From contig JBEQLE010000021.1 of NCBI GenBank assembly GCA_040326155.1, positions 1 to 58,092 of the forward strand: a stretch of DNA of 58,092 bases. Reading direction: 5' to 3'. A model generated the notes under the pieces. It did not search any database. It was not told the DNA's origin and saw nothing but the letters and a program-made list of their open reading frames with translations. Origin of the DNA: Leptospirales bacterium. Lineage in GTDB: Bacteria > Spirochaetota > Leptospiria > Turneriellales > JAOUFE01. This document shows positions 37,517 through 47,627 of the stretch, one piece after another. Position numbers and translations under genes: made by a program. The first letter of the stretch is position 1. Each line of letters opens with the position of its first letter.

Positions 37517-39754
37517 ATGAATCTTGATTCCGTAAAGCAAACTTTCGTAATTGAAAGTACCGAACTATTAGACGACATGGAGTCGGCATTACTTCAATTG
37601 GAAAAAGAACCGGAAAACAGTGACGCCGTAAATGCCGTATTTAGAGCAGCGCACACGATTAAAGGCTCTTCTGGAATGTTTGGATATACGAGAGTCGTTG
37701 AATTTACCCATGTTCTCGAAAGTTTTCTTGAAGAATTGCGCCAGGAAAAGTTTTCTGTCAATTCGGAAATGATTGCAATTTTACTTTCTAGTGGCGATCA
37801 CATAAAATATTTAATAAATTTGTATATAGATAGTGAAAAACCGGAGCTTACAAAAGAAGTCATTGATATTGGAGAAAATTTATTATCTCGTTTAACGGCG
37901 CAAGCTCCATCAGAAGAACAATCTTCGGGAGGAGAAATGGAACCAACAGTAGAGACTGTAGAAGAAGTAAACCTCTCTGGCATTCATGTAAAAAATCCGA
38001 ACTGGCATATCTCATTAAGGTTTATACAAGAAATTTTACGACACGGACTCGACCCCATTTCATTTATAAATTATTTAACCAGCCTGGGTGTGCTTGAAAA
38101 TGTTTATACTGTAACTGATCAGGTACCTGATTCTGATAATGTCGACCCCGAAGCATGTTATCTTGGCTTTGAGATATCGCTGAAATCGGACAGTTCTCGT
38201 GAAGAAATTGAAAGTGTATTTGAATTTTTAAATGAAGACGCCAAAATCGAAATTTTGGAACCAGAGGCGGACATAGCCAGTTATCATGATTTAATGTCTA
38301 AAGTACCGGAAGGCGTTGAACGAATGAGTGAAATTTTAGTCGAAATGGGTGTATTGACAACGGAAGAGGTTGAAGATAACAAAGACAAACAAGCTATAGA
38401 AAGTACAGGTGATACTATGAACGTTATAGAACCAGTCGAAGAGCAAAAGGATGCCGAAATAATGGAAGAAATTGCGCCAGTAGATACGATTACAGAACCC
38501 GCAGTGGATGTGATACCCGGTAAACCGGATAAAGTTCCAGAGACGACAAGTAACACGGTTAGCGAAACTACGGCAAAGTTTATTCGAATTGAAGCCGGAA
38601 AACTTGACGACTTAATTAATCTGGTCGGTGAGTTGGTTATAAATGTAGCCAATATTCGCCAGCTTTCAGAAGATACATCCAATAAAGCCATGGTCGAAGC
38701 TTCTTTAACGATGGGGCGTCTGGTAGAAGAGGTGCGCGATTCAGCTATGAATATACGGATGGTGCAAATTGGAGATACTTTCCGACGATTTGAACGAGTT
38801 GTACGTGATCTAAGTAAAAAAATGGGAAAAGAGGTGAATTTCAAAGTCTCCGGTGGGGATACCGAATTGGATAAAACCGTTGTTGAAAAAATTACCGACC
38901 CTTTAATGCACCTGGTACGAAATGCTGTTGATCATGGTATTTCAACGCCTGAAAAAAGAAAAGCAGCCGGGAAAAGCCCGATTGGGCAACTTCAAGTGAA
39001 TGCTTTTCATGATACCGGCAATATTGTTATTGAAATAATTGATGATGGCGAAGGGTTAGACCGAACCGCAATATTAAATAAAGCTATTGAAAAAGGTGTG
39101 GTTCCTGCCGGCACTGAATTGTCTGATCATGAAATTAACCAGCTTATTTTTGAACCGGGTCTTTCAACGGCAGCGGCGGTTACAGATGTATCCGGACGTG
39201 GCGTCGGAATGGACGTGGTTAAAAAGAATATTGAATCCCTGAGGGGAGTTGTCGAAGTAGAGAGCGTAACAGGTAAAGGAACTACAATTCAAATTCACTT
39301 ACCGCTAACTCTGGCAATTATCGATGGTTTTCTGGTTGAAATTGGAAAATCTTCGTTTGTAATACCGCTTGATATGGTTCTAGAATGTATTACAATGAGT
39401 GATGAAGATGAACTCGAAGCAGAAGGAGGTCACTTTGTGAACCTGCGAGGTGAAGTTTTACCCTATCTGCGTATGAAAGAGTTTTTTCAAGAAGCCGATC
39501 GGGACGAAAGCCAGCAAAATATTATTGTAGTTAAATATGGCCAACAAAAGGCCGGACTCGTAGTAGATAAACTACTGGGTGAATTTCAAACAGTTATTAA
39601 ACCATTGGGTAGAATGTTTAACCATGTACAAGGCATAAGTGGAGCGACAATTTTAGGAGATGGATCTGTAGCAATGATTCTTGATATTCCGAGGTTGATT
39701 CGGTTTGCACAGGAACTTGAGTCGAGTCATATTGTGAATGGTTCGAATGTTTAA
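37517..39754 (+). CDS. cheA: Chemotaxis histidine kinase
   Basis: HPt FRAAHTIKG; HLVRNAVDHG; SGRGVGMDVV; C-terminal CheW-like domain. Confidence 0.97.
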   Translation: MNLDSVKQTFVIESTELLDDMESALLQLEKEPENSDAVNAVFRAAHTIKGSSGMFGYTRVVEFTHVLESFLEELRQEKFSVNSEMIAILLSSGDHIKYLINLYIDSEKPELTKEVIDIGENLLSRLTAQAPSEEQSSGGEMEPTVETVEEVNLSGIHVKNPNWHISLRFIQEILRHGLDPISFINYLTSLGVLENVYTVTDQVPDSDNVDPEACYLGFEISLKSDSSREEIESVFEFLNEDAKIEILEPEADIASYHDLMSKVPEGVERMSEILVEMGVLTTEEVEDNKDKQAIESTGDTMNVIEPVEEQKDAEIMEEIAPVDTITEPAVDVIPGKPDKVPETTSNTVSETTAKFIRIEAGKLDDLINLVGELVINVANIRQLSEDTSNKAMVEASLTMGRLVEEVRDSAMNIRMVQIGDTFRRFERVVRDLSKKMGKEVNFKVSGGDTELDKTVVEKITDPLMHLVRNAVDHGISTPEKRKAAGKSPIGQLQVNAFHDTGNIVIEIIDDGEGLDRTAILNKAIEKGVVPAGTELSDHEINQLIFEPGLSTAAAVTDVSGRGVGMDVVKKNIESLRGVVEVESVTGKGTTIQIHLPLTLAIIDGFLVEIGKSSFVIPLDMVLECITMSDEDELEAEGGHFVNLRGEVLPYLRMKEFFQEADRDESQQNIIVVKYGQQKAGLVVDKLLGEFQTVIKPLGRMFNHVQGISGATILGDGSVAMILDIPRLIRFAQELESSHIVNGSNV

Positions 39755-39781
39755 TGGTTAAGTAACTAAAAGGAGATATAT

Positions 39782-41623
39782 ATGTTACAGGCAATAAAAA
39801 ATATGCGCGTAGGAGCGCGGTTGTTTTTACTTACGGGACTGTTACTTGCCGTTATTGTATTGGTAGGTTTTTTAGGCATCAATGCTATGAACGCTGCTGA
39901 GAAAGGTTTAGAAGATGTGTATAATTACAGGGTCGAACCGGTTGAAGATTTAAAACGCATTGGCGATGCTTACGCTGTGAATGTTGTGGATACCGGTCAC
40001 AAATTTCGCGCCGGGTCAATTACTGCTAAGAAGGCGATTGCTAATATACAAGAGTCTGAAAATACGATAAAAGAGTTATGGCAAGAATATAGCGAAGATA
40101 TGGAAAAAGCCAAAAAAGACGGTGTATTAACTCAAGCAGAAGAAAAAATTATCGATGAAATCAATGGCCTGTTTACCAGCGGTGATCAGTTGACACATCG
40201 TTTAGAAATGGCGATTGAAAAAAACAATAGAGTTGAATTAGTTAATATACTCGAAAAGGAACTCTACCCGATTATTGACCCTATATCTGATAAAGTAGGG
40301 GAGCTGATTACAAAAAGTCTTTATGAAGCTGAACAGATAACCAAATTGACGGAAGATATTGTCCAGCAAAGGCAATATTATATGTATGGATCGGGTATTG
40401 GGGCTATGCTGCTTGCCATACTTTTAAGTCTGTTTATTATTCGTTCTATAACAAACCCATTGAGTCTTATTTTAAGTTATTTTAATGAGATTGCAAATGG
40501 TAATTTGAAAAATGAAATTCATGTAACCAGCAAAGATGAAACCGGTGATGTAATGCAGGCTTTAAAAGAGATGCAGGATAAACTTTCCAGCATAATCTCG
40601 GACGTCTTAAACAATGCAGAGAATATGGCATCTGCCGCAGACCAACTATCCAGCACTGCTCAAACTATGAGCCAGGGGGCCAACGAACAGGCCGCCAGTG
40701 TGGAAGAGACCAGCGCATCTTTAGAAGAAATGTCGGCCAGCATTAATCAGAATGCAGAAAATGCAAAGGTTACAAATGGTATTGCTACAAAAACCGCTGA
40801 TGAAACAGAAGAGGGCGGTAAAGCTGTTGGTGAAACTCTTGTTGCAATGAAACAAATTTCCGAAAAAATCAGTATGATTGAAGATATTGCGTACAATACT
40901 AACTTGCTTGCTTTAAATGCTGCCATTGAGGCGGCGCGCGCTGGCGAACACGGAAAAGGGTTTGCCGTTGTTGCTTCTGAAGTAAGAAAACTGGCAGAAC
41001 GAAGCCAGGTGGCCGCACAGGAAATTAGTAAGGTTGCCCAGGACAGTGTTAACGTTGCTCAAAAAGCAGGTACTCTTTTAGATGAAATTGTACCAAGTAT
41101 TAAAAAGACAGCTGATCTGGTTGAGGAAATTTCAGCCGCGTCCGATCAACAAAGTACCGGAGTCGCTCAAATTAATATGTCGATGGGGCAGTTAGATAAA
41201 GTAACAGCTCAAAATGCATCGGGAGCAGAAGAACTTGCCGCGACAGCCGAAGAGGTGAATGGTCAGGCGGGTGCATTAAAAGAAGTAATGGCCTTTTTTC
41301 AACTTGATGATTCTGACAGACGTAACAGTACAACAGATAATATAATTACCCCGAATGCGCCTGTTGTAAATGAAGTGGTTCAACAGAAAACTCAGCAAAC
41401 GCAACCTGTGGTTCAGAAAGAACCGGTTAAAGAGCATAAACCGGCTCCTGTTCAACAACCTGTGGGAATATCTGAGGCACCTGCAAAAGATTCGGCAGAG
41501 CAACAAAACTCCGAATTACCGCAGACGCCGGTAGTAAATGCTGGAGTACAATCAGGGGTGAAGAAAACGGGGATGGGAAAACCCACACCGATTATCGCTA
41601 GCAAAGATTTTGAGAAATTTTAA
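39782..41623 (+). CDS. Methyl-accepting chemotaxis protein (4HB sensor, HAMP, Q/P-rich tail)
   Basis: [27 protein letters not shown]-terminal DFEKF pentapeptide-like tether. Confidence 0.95.
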   Translation: MLQAIKNMRVGARLFLLTGLLLAVIVLVGFLGINAMNAAEKGLEDVYNYRVEPVEDLKRIGDAYAVNVVDTGHKFRAGSITAKKAIANIQESENTIKELWQEYSEDMEKAKKDGVLTQAEEKIIDEINGLFTSGDQLTHRLEMAIEKNNRVELVNILEKELYPIIDPISDKVGELITKSLYEAEQITKLTEDIVQQRQYYMYGSGIGAMLLAILLSLFIIRSITNPLSLILSYFNEIANGNLKNEIHVTSKDETGDVMQALKEMQDKLSSIISDVLNNAENMASAADQLSSTAQTMSQGANEQAASVEETSASLEEMSASINQNAENAKVTNGIATKTADETEEGGKAVGETLVAMKQISEKISMIEDIAYNTNLLALNAAIEAARAGEHGKGFAVVASEVRKLAERSQVAAQEISKVAQDSVNVAQKAGTLLDEIVPSIKKTADLVEEISAASDQQSTGVAQINMSMGQLDKVTAQNASGAEELAATAEEVNGQAGALKEVMAFFQLDDSDRRNSTTDNIITPNAPVVNEVVQQKTQQTQPVVQKEPVKEHKPAPVQQPVGISEAPAKDSAEQQNSELPQTPVVNAGVQSGVKKTGMGKPTPIIASKDFEKF

Positions 41624-41637
41624 TCAGGAAGTGCAAC

Positions 41638-42312
41638 ATGGATAACATTGGAACGACTGAAAGTTTAAACGAAAAAATAAGGACCGGTGATGAAGAGCAG
41701 TACCTGACTTTTCAGCTCGGAACCGAAGAGTTAGGGGTAAGTATTTTATCGGTGAAGGAAATTATCAGCTTCATTAATATTACGAGGGTTCCTATGGTAC
41801 CAGGGTACATACTTGGGGTTATAAATGTTCGCGGAAACGTTGTTCCTGTCATTGACCTTGGCCCGAGGTTTGGAAAAAAGAAATCTCCAATTACCGGTTT
41901 AACATGTATTATTATCGTTGAGATAGACGATTCGGAAAGTAAACACGACATTGGCATTGTAGTCGATTCTGTGGAAGATGTAATTGATATAACAGAAGAG
42001 AATATGGAAGCTGCGCCGAGTTTTGGCGCAAATATCCGGGCGGACTATGTGGCGGGTATTGGGAAAATAGGCAGCCGTTTTATTAAATTGCTTCATATTG
42101 ATAATGTTTTGGATATAGGTGAGCTTTCTGAATTTCATATGGACCTGGAGCAACTTCATTTGAATTATATTAAGAGAGTTTCGGGGCGTTCAAATGGTGA
42201 CAAAGCGCATGCGACTTCGGAACCTCACAAAATTGGCTCGAGAAATGAAATAGAAACAGCAGTCGCAAACGCTGAGGATGAAGTCGCGCCTGTAGCAATT
42301 GAGGAGCAATAG
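41638..42312 (+). CDS. cheW: Chemotaxis coupling protein with C-terminal extension
   Basis: QYLTF and GVINVRGNVVPVIDL motifs. Confidence 0.92.
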   Translation: MDNIGTTESLNEKIRTGDEEQYLTFQLGTEELGVSILSVKEIISFINITRVPMVPGYILGVINVRGNVVPVIDLGPRFGKKKSPITGLTCIIIVEIDDSESKHDIGIVVDSVEDVIDITEENMEAAPSFGANIRADYVAGIGKIGSRFIKLLHIDNVLDIGELSEFHMDLEQLHLNYIKRVSGRSNGDKAHATSEPHKIGSRNEIETAVANAEDEVAPVAIEEQ

Positions 42313-42828
42313 ATGGAAACACAAGCAACAACTACCGGTGAGCGGCAATACCTCACTTTCTTAATGGGGTCTGAGCAATTTTCACTCGATATATTACAAG
42401 TAAAAGAGATTATTGCCTTTACTGATGTAATGAAAATTCCATTGCTGCCTGAATATGTAAAAGGAGTAATTAATCTTCGGGGTCATGTTGTACCCGTAAT
42501 CGATTTAGCGTTAAGATTTGGAAATACGGGAACTTCCATCAGTAAATTGACATGCATAATCATTATTGAGATCGAAAAAGGTGATAAAAAAGCTGAACTT
42601 GGAATAATGGTTGATGCTGTCAATGAGGTCATTAGTCTTTCAGAAGAAAATATTGAAGATCGTCCTGAGTTTGGCGAAGATGTGCGAGCTGATTTTATAA
42701 GCGGAATGGGTAAAATCGGTGAAAAATTTATTATCATGTTGAACGTCTCTAAAATTTTACATACCAAAGATATCGATTACCTGCATCAGGCAGCAAAAGA
42801 AGGCAGCGAAATGTTGGTTTCAAACTAA
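42313..42828 (+). CDS. cheW: Chemotaxis coupling protein
   Basis: QYLTF and GVINLRGHVVPVIDL motifs. Confidence 0.93.
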   Translation: METQATTTGERQYLTFLMGSEQFSLDILQVKEIIAFTDVMKIPLLPEYVKGVINLRGHVVPVIDLALRFGNTGTSISKLTCIIIIEIEKGDKKAELGIMVDAVNEVISLSEENIEDRPEFGEDVRADFISGMGKIGEKFIIMLNVSKILHTKDIDYLHQAAKEGSEMLVSN

Positions 42829-42853
42829 TCTTCGTGTAAAATAGAAGGTATTC

Positions 42854-43690
42854 ATGGAAGGAAACTCACCTGTATTCACGATCAATAATATTGTTTTAAC
42901 GGAACGAGAATTAAAAAAGTTTCAACAGCTTGTTTATGAATGGGCTGGAATTCATATGAGTGACGCTAAAAGTTCGCTTATCGCTGGAAGATTATTAAAA
43001 AGGCTGCGATTTTATAAATTAGAAACTTACCAGGAATATATTGATATTGTATTAGACTCACAATATCAGGAAGAAAAGCAAATAATGGTTAATTTGCTTA
43101 CTACAAATGAAACTTACTTTTTCAGAGAAGATGCCCATTTAGAATATTTAAACGATATAATTATACCCAATATTGATACAAAATATGGAACCTTTCGAGT
43201 CTGGAGCGCCGCAGCTTCGAGCGGCCAGGAAGCATACTCTATTTCGATGATATTAGCGGATAGTTTAAAAAATAACACGTGGGAAATATTCGGTTCCGAT
43301 ATCAATGAAGCGGTTTTGAAAAAAGCCAGAGAGGGACTGTACCCTATTGAAGCGGCCCAAAAAATACCGCAGCAATATTTAAAAAAATACTGTTTAAAAG
43401 GGGTTCGATCTCAGGAAGGTAAATTTACTGTTATTGACGAATTAAAAAGACATATAAGATTTGAAAAGTTCAACTTAAATGAGCCTTTTTCTGATATCGG
43501 TTTTTTCGATGTAATTTTTTTACGAAATGTAATGATATATTTTAACGTAGAAACTAAACAAAAATTGATAGATCGAATTATCAATGTTTTGAAACCTGAT
43601 GGATTTTTAATCGTAGGCCACTCGGAGAGCTTAAACAGTTTAGATCATAACCTGAAAACGATTGTGCCTACTGTGTATAAAAGAAAATGA
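42854..43690 (+). CDS. cheR: Chemotaxis methyltransferase
   Basis: TTNETYFFRE, WSAAASSGQEAYS and FLRNVMIYF motifs. Confidence 0.96.
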   Translation: MEGNSPVFTINNIVLTERELKKFQQLVYEWAGIHMSDAKSSLIAGRLLKRLRFYKLETYQEYIDIVLDSQYQEEKQIMVNLLTTNETYFFREDAHLEYLNDIIIPNIDTKYGTFRVWSAAASSGQEAYSISMILADSLKNNTWEIFGSDINEAVLKKAREGLYPIEAAQKIPQQYLKKYCLKGVRSQEGKFTVIDELKRHIRFEKFNLNEPFSDIGFFDVIFLRNVMIYFNVETKQKLIDRIINVLKPDGFLIVGHSESLNSLDHNLKTIVPTVYKRK

Positions 43691-44184
43691 AAGAACCCGA
43701 TTTTATATTAGAGATTTTTTTACGCCCAGGGGAGTTTCACTGGGGAGACACGGATACAAGAATCAGGACTATCCTGGGTTCTTGTGTCGCAATATGTGTC
43801 TGGCATCCTCGTCTAAAAATAGGCGGGATGTGCCATTATTTATTGCCCAAAAGAAGAGTGCGTGATAAACTTGACCCGGCTGATGGGCGATATGGGGACG
43901 AAGCTATGGAGCTTATACTCGACGAAATAAAAAAGAAGAATACCCGAGCGCAAGAGTACCACGTAAAGATTTTTGGCGGAGCAAATATGTTTTCCAAAAT
44001 TATTGAAGGTGGAAGTATTAATGTAGGGCAAAAAAATATTGCGCTCGCTGAAAGTTTGACGACCGAGCATGGATTTCAACTTCAGGCTAATCACACCGGC
44101 GGTACGGAACATCGAAGTATCTTGTTTGACCTTTGGAGTGGCGATGTCTGGCTGAAAAAACCGAAAAAGGAAAATGCAGGGTAG
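43687..44184 (+). CDS. cheD: Chemoreceptor glutamine deamidase
   Basis: TILGSCVA, GGMCHYLLP and KIFGGANM motifs. Confidence 0.95.
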   Translation: MKEPDFILEIFLRPGEFHWGDTDTRIRTILGSCVAICVWHPRLKIGGMCHYLLPKRRVRDKLDPADGRYGDEAMELILDEIKKKNTRAQEYHVKIFGGANMFSKIIEGGSINVGQKNIALAESLTTEHGFQLQANHTGGTEHRSILFDLWSGDVWLKKPKKENAG

Positions 44185-44191
44185 GAACAAA

Positions 44192-45307
44192 ATGGCTAAA
44201 ATTAAAGTACTTATTGTAGATGACTCAGCAGTTGTAAGGCAGGTATTAAAAGAGATACTCAGTAAAGACCCGCAAATTGAACTTATTGGTTCTGCGGCAG
44301 ACCCGATTTTTGCAGAGCGGTATCTTAAAAAAGATTGGCCAGATGTAATTATACTTGATCTTGAGATGCCCCGAATGGATGGCATTACCTTTTTAAAAAA
44401 ATTGATGGCCGAACACCCGACACCGGTAGTTATTTGTTCGACGCTTTCAAAAGAGGGAGCCCAGGTCACGATGGAAGCAATTTCTTCCGGAGCGGTGGAA
44501 ATTATTACCAAACCTGAAATGGGTCTAAAAGGTTTTCTCGAAGAATCGGCAGCCCGGTTCATTCACTCCGTTAAAGGCGCAGCAGCGGCAAAAGTCGGTA
44601 AAATTGCGGGGATGCAAAAAAGAAAACCAGAAACGGTTGTCTTGAAAAAAAAACCACCAGTGGGGCCTTTTGCTAAGGTAGCACCCAAGTTGAGCGCTGA
44701 CGCAGTAATTTCTTCTCATGGCGGCAGTCCTTTAGGTAGCACTACCGATAAAGTTATCGCTATCGGTGCTTCCACCGGTGGAACCCAGTCACTTGAAATT
44801 GTACTAAGATCGTTACCAGTTGATTGTCACGGGATTGTTATTGTTCAGCATATGCCCGAAAATTTTACAGCGGCTTTTTCTCAACGTTTGAACGAAGTAT
44901 GCAAAATCACTGTAAAAGAAGCTGAAGATGGCGACCGAATAATCCGGGGAAGGGCAATTGTGGCTCATGGCGATAAACACCTTGCTATAAAAAGAAGCGG
45001 CGCGCAATATCGACTTCAGGTTCTAGATGGCCCTCTCGTCAGTCGACACCGGCCCTCTGTTGATGTACTCTTTAGATCAGCCGCAAAAGAAGCGGGAAAA
45101 AATGCAATGGGTGTATTAATGACCGGTATGGGAGATGACGGCGCAGCCGGCCTTCTCGAAATGAAAAACACCGGAGCCAAAACCTACGCCCAGGATGAAG
45201 ACACTTCCATCGTATTTGGCATGCCCGCCGAAGCAATAAAACGCGGAGCGGTATTAGAAGTCGTATCACTATACCAGATAGCAAAAAAAATAGTCCAGTT
45301 TAGTTAG
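44192..45307 (+). CDS. cheB: Chemotaxis methylesterase (REC + CheB)
   Basis: VDDSAVVR, GASTGG, QHMP, HRPSVD and TGMGDDGA motifs. Start 44192 preferred. Confidence 0.96.
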   Translation: MAKIKVLIVDDSAVVRQVLKEILSKDPQIELIGSAADPIFAERYLKKDWPDVIILDLEMPRMDGITFLKKLMAEHPTPVVICSTLSKEGAQVTMEAISSGAVEIITKPEMGLKGFLEESAARFIHSVKGAAAAKVGKIAGMQKRKPETVVLKKKPPVGPFAKVAPKLSADAVISSHGGSPLGSTTDKVIAIGASTGGTQSLEIVLRSLPVDCHGIVIVQHMPENFTAAFSQRLNEVCKITVKEAEDGDRIIRGRAIVAHGDKHLAIKRSGAQYRLQVLDGPLVSRHRPSVDVLFRSAAKEAGKNAMGVLMTGMGDDGAAGLLEMKNTGAKTYAQDEDTSIVFGMPAEAIKRGAVLEVVSLYQIAKKIVQFS

Positions 45308-45326
45308 AAAATTCTTCGATTCAGGA

Positions 45327-45349
45327 AAGGGGAGATGGTTTTTCCCCTT
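45327..45349 (+). terminator. Hairpin after cheB
   Basis: AAGGGGAGA-TGGT-TTTTCCCCTT. Confidence 0.5.
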
Positions 45350-45353
45350 CTGG

Positions 45354-45383
45354 TGTAATTACGCGATTCATCGCGTGCTTACA
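45354..45383. repeat. REP-like palindrome
   Basis: TGTAAttACGCGA-TTCA-TCGCGTgcTTACA. Confidence 0.45.
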
Positions 45384-45502
45384 AGCCACAAGCCCCTTTG
45401 TCTGCGACCTTTTTAATTTGCTTTCCTGGTTTTTGAGTGAGCATTGCTAATCTGTACCATATTTGTTATTGACACTATTTCTCATAATAGTATGAATAAT
45501 TT

Positions 45503-45970
45503 ATGCTGATTAATTTTTTAAAATATTTTTTAAAAGCATTACCGAAGATCATTGCTTTATTCGGTTACATCGCATTAATTGTAGCCATTTGTTATAGACT
45601 ATTTATAGATAATCGACCCATTCTGAAAACTGATGACCCATATATAATTGCAAATTTTATTGGCATTATTCATGCCATAGCTGGGTTAATTTTTTTTATT
45701 TCAAGAGATTACAATTATAAATTAGTAAAACCAAAAATCTTTCTTTATGTTTATTTTTCTATTGTTATTGGTTATTATTTATTTTTCGAGATATTTATAG
45801 GAGGGGAAGGGGCCGGTTATGGTTATTTTTTTATATCATTTATATTGTACAGCGCACCTCTTCTTATTCTGTTTCTAAATTATTACGAAAATAAATTAAT
45901 ACAAATAATTGGCTATACTTGCTTTGGTATATATATTCTTGGTTTTACCATTATGGCATCTAGTCGCTAA
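45503..45970 (+). CDS. Hypothetical AT-rich multi-pass membrane protein
   Basis: About 5 hydrophobic segments, I/F/Y-rich; TTGACA at 45469-45474. Confidence 0.65.
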   Translation: MLINFLKYFLKALPKIIALFGYIALIVAICYRLFIDNRPILKTDDPYIIANFIGIIHAIAGLIFFISRDYNYKLVKPKIFLYVYFSIVIGYYLFFEIFIGGEGAGYGYFFISFILYSAPLLILFLNYYENKLIQIIGYTCFGIYILGFTIMASSR

Positions 45971-46150
45971 TAAATTTATTATAGATCTTGTTCATATTTT
46001 ATACGAAAGAAAACAGCACATCATCGACTCCAGTTTTTCTGTAAGCAGTGCCTATTCATCAGGGCTATTTTACTGTTGACGATACGGCCACATATTATAG
46101 AAAAACAATAGATGAATATGTCAGGCAAACAATAAAGAGTATCTAAACAT

Positions 46151-46636
46151 ATGGAAGATTTTAATTATTTTATTATCGCTCGTGCAATACATGTTGTTGG
46201 TGTTGTTATCTGGATAGGTGGAGTGGCTTTTGTTACGACGGTTCTTATTCCGTCCATTAAGCAAAGAAGTGATACGAAGAGTCGATTAGATTTATTTGAG
46301 CAACTTGAGGGGAAATTTTCTTTTCAAGCCAAAATAATAACTTTGCTTACTGGTCTGTCCGGGTTTTATATGTTATATACTTTGAATGCATGGGAACGTT
46401 ATCAGGATATACAATATTGGTGGCTACATCTGATGACATTCGTATGGTTCATTTTTACTGTCGTATTGTTTGTGCTGGAACCCCTTATTCTTCATAAATG
46501 GTTTCATAAGCAAGCCACTAAAAATAGTGAAAATACATTTTTATGGCTTCATAGATTTCACATGATAATATTAACGCTTAGTCTGATTGCTGTTTTTGGT
46601 GCGGTACTCGGATCGCATGGGTATGATTTTACTTAG
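46151..46636 (+). CDS. 4-TM membrane protein with conserved His (CopD/DUF4149-like)
   Basis: ARAIHVVGVVIWIGG N-terminal motif; WWLH; RFH. Confidence 0.6.
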   Translation: MEDFNYFIIARAIHVVGVVIWIGGVAFVTTVLIPSIKQRSDTKSRLDLFEQLEGKFSFQAKIITLLTGLSGFYMLYTLNAWERYQDIQYWWLHLMTFVWFIFTVVLFVLEPLILHKWFHKQATKNSENTFLWLHRFHMIILTLSLIAVFGAVLGSHGYDFT

Positions 46637-47567
46637 AGGGTAGTTTTACATTCAGGACTTTTAATAGAAGGGCCATTCGCAGATATAAACCGTTTTTAGC
46701 TTGCTCAAAATAGATGGCCTGGGGCATGTCGTCTAGATCGGTTGAAATTTCGCTTAAACGGGGCAGGGGATGCATGATAATTAGATCTTTTTTACATTTT
46801 TGCACGAGGGCTTTATTTATAACGTAATAATCGCGCAGTTTTTCAAACTGTTGATGGTCGACAAACCGCTCCCCCTGAATTCTGGTTATATAACCGACAT
46901 CGCAATTTTCTATCGCCTCGAGTTTAGAGGTCGATTCGAACCTGATTTTTGATCGAGTTAAAAATTCAACATACTTTTGCGGTAGCCCGAGCTCTGGTGG
47001 AGAGATGAAAACAAGTTCAACCGGGTAGTGAGACAAAAGTTGCAATAAAGAGTGTATGGTCCTTCCATATTTAATGTCCCCGACAAAAGCAACGCGGACA
47101 TTTTCTTCCCCAAGTTTTTTATATCTGGCTATGGTAAAAAGGTCTAATAGTCCCTGGGTGGGGTGTTCGCCTGCGCCGTCCCCGGCGTTAATGACCGGTA
47201 TCGAAATGCTGGCAGCGGCTTTTGCCGAGGCCCCTTCCTGGGGATGCCGAATGGCGCACACATCGGCGTAAGATTCCATTACTTTCAGGGTGTCGTAAAG
47301 GGTTTCCCCTTTGGCCAGTGACGAAAACTGCATTCCAACTGCGGTTATGACGTGACCGCCGAGCCGTATCATCGCAGATTCAAAAGAGAGTCGGGTTCTG
47401 GTCGAAGGTTCGAAAAAAAGTGTGGCAAGTATTCGATCGTTTAAAAGCGGCAGCGTTTTTTGCTTTTGCATTATTGCAGCAATTTGCGTTGAATCTTCGA
47501 TCAGCTCGTCGAGTTGTGATTTATCGAACTGGTCAGCAGTTAAAATAGATAGCGGGGTTACACTCAT
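46629..47567 (-). CDS. pyrB: Aspartate carbamoyltransferase catalytic subunit
   Basis: FEPSTRTRLSFE, KGETL, NAGDG..HPTQ and MHPLPR motifs. Confidence 0.97.
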   Translation of the reverse strand: MSVTPLSILTADQFDKSQLDELIEDSTQIAAIMQKQKTLPLLNDRILATLFFEPSTRTRLSFESAMIRLGGHVITAVGMQFSSLAKGETLYDTLKVMESYADVCAIRHPQEGASAKAAASISIPVINAGDGAGEHPTQGLLDLFTIARYKKLGEENVRVAFVGDIKYGRTIHSLLQLLSHYPVELVFISPPELGLPQKYVEFLTRSKIRFESTSKLEAIENCDVGYITRIQGERFVDHQQFEKLRDYYVINKALVQKCKKDLIIMHPLPRLSEISTDLDDMPQAIYFEQAKNGLYLRMALLLKVLNVKLPSK

Positions 47568-47627
47568 TCACTGGACAAGTCGCGCAATTCCCCTCTTTTT
47601 GCAAATGTTTTTTTCAAAACCAGGAAT

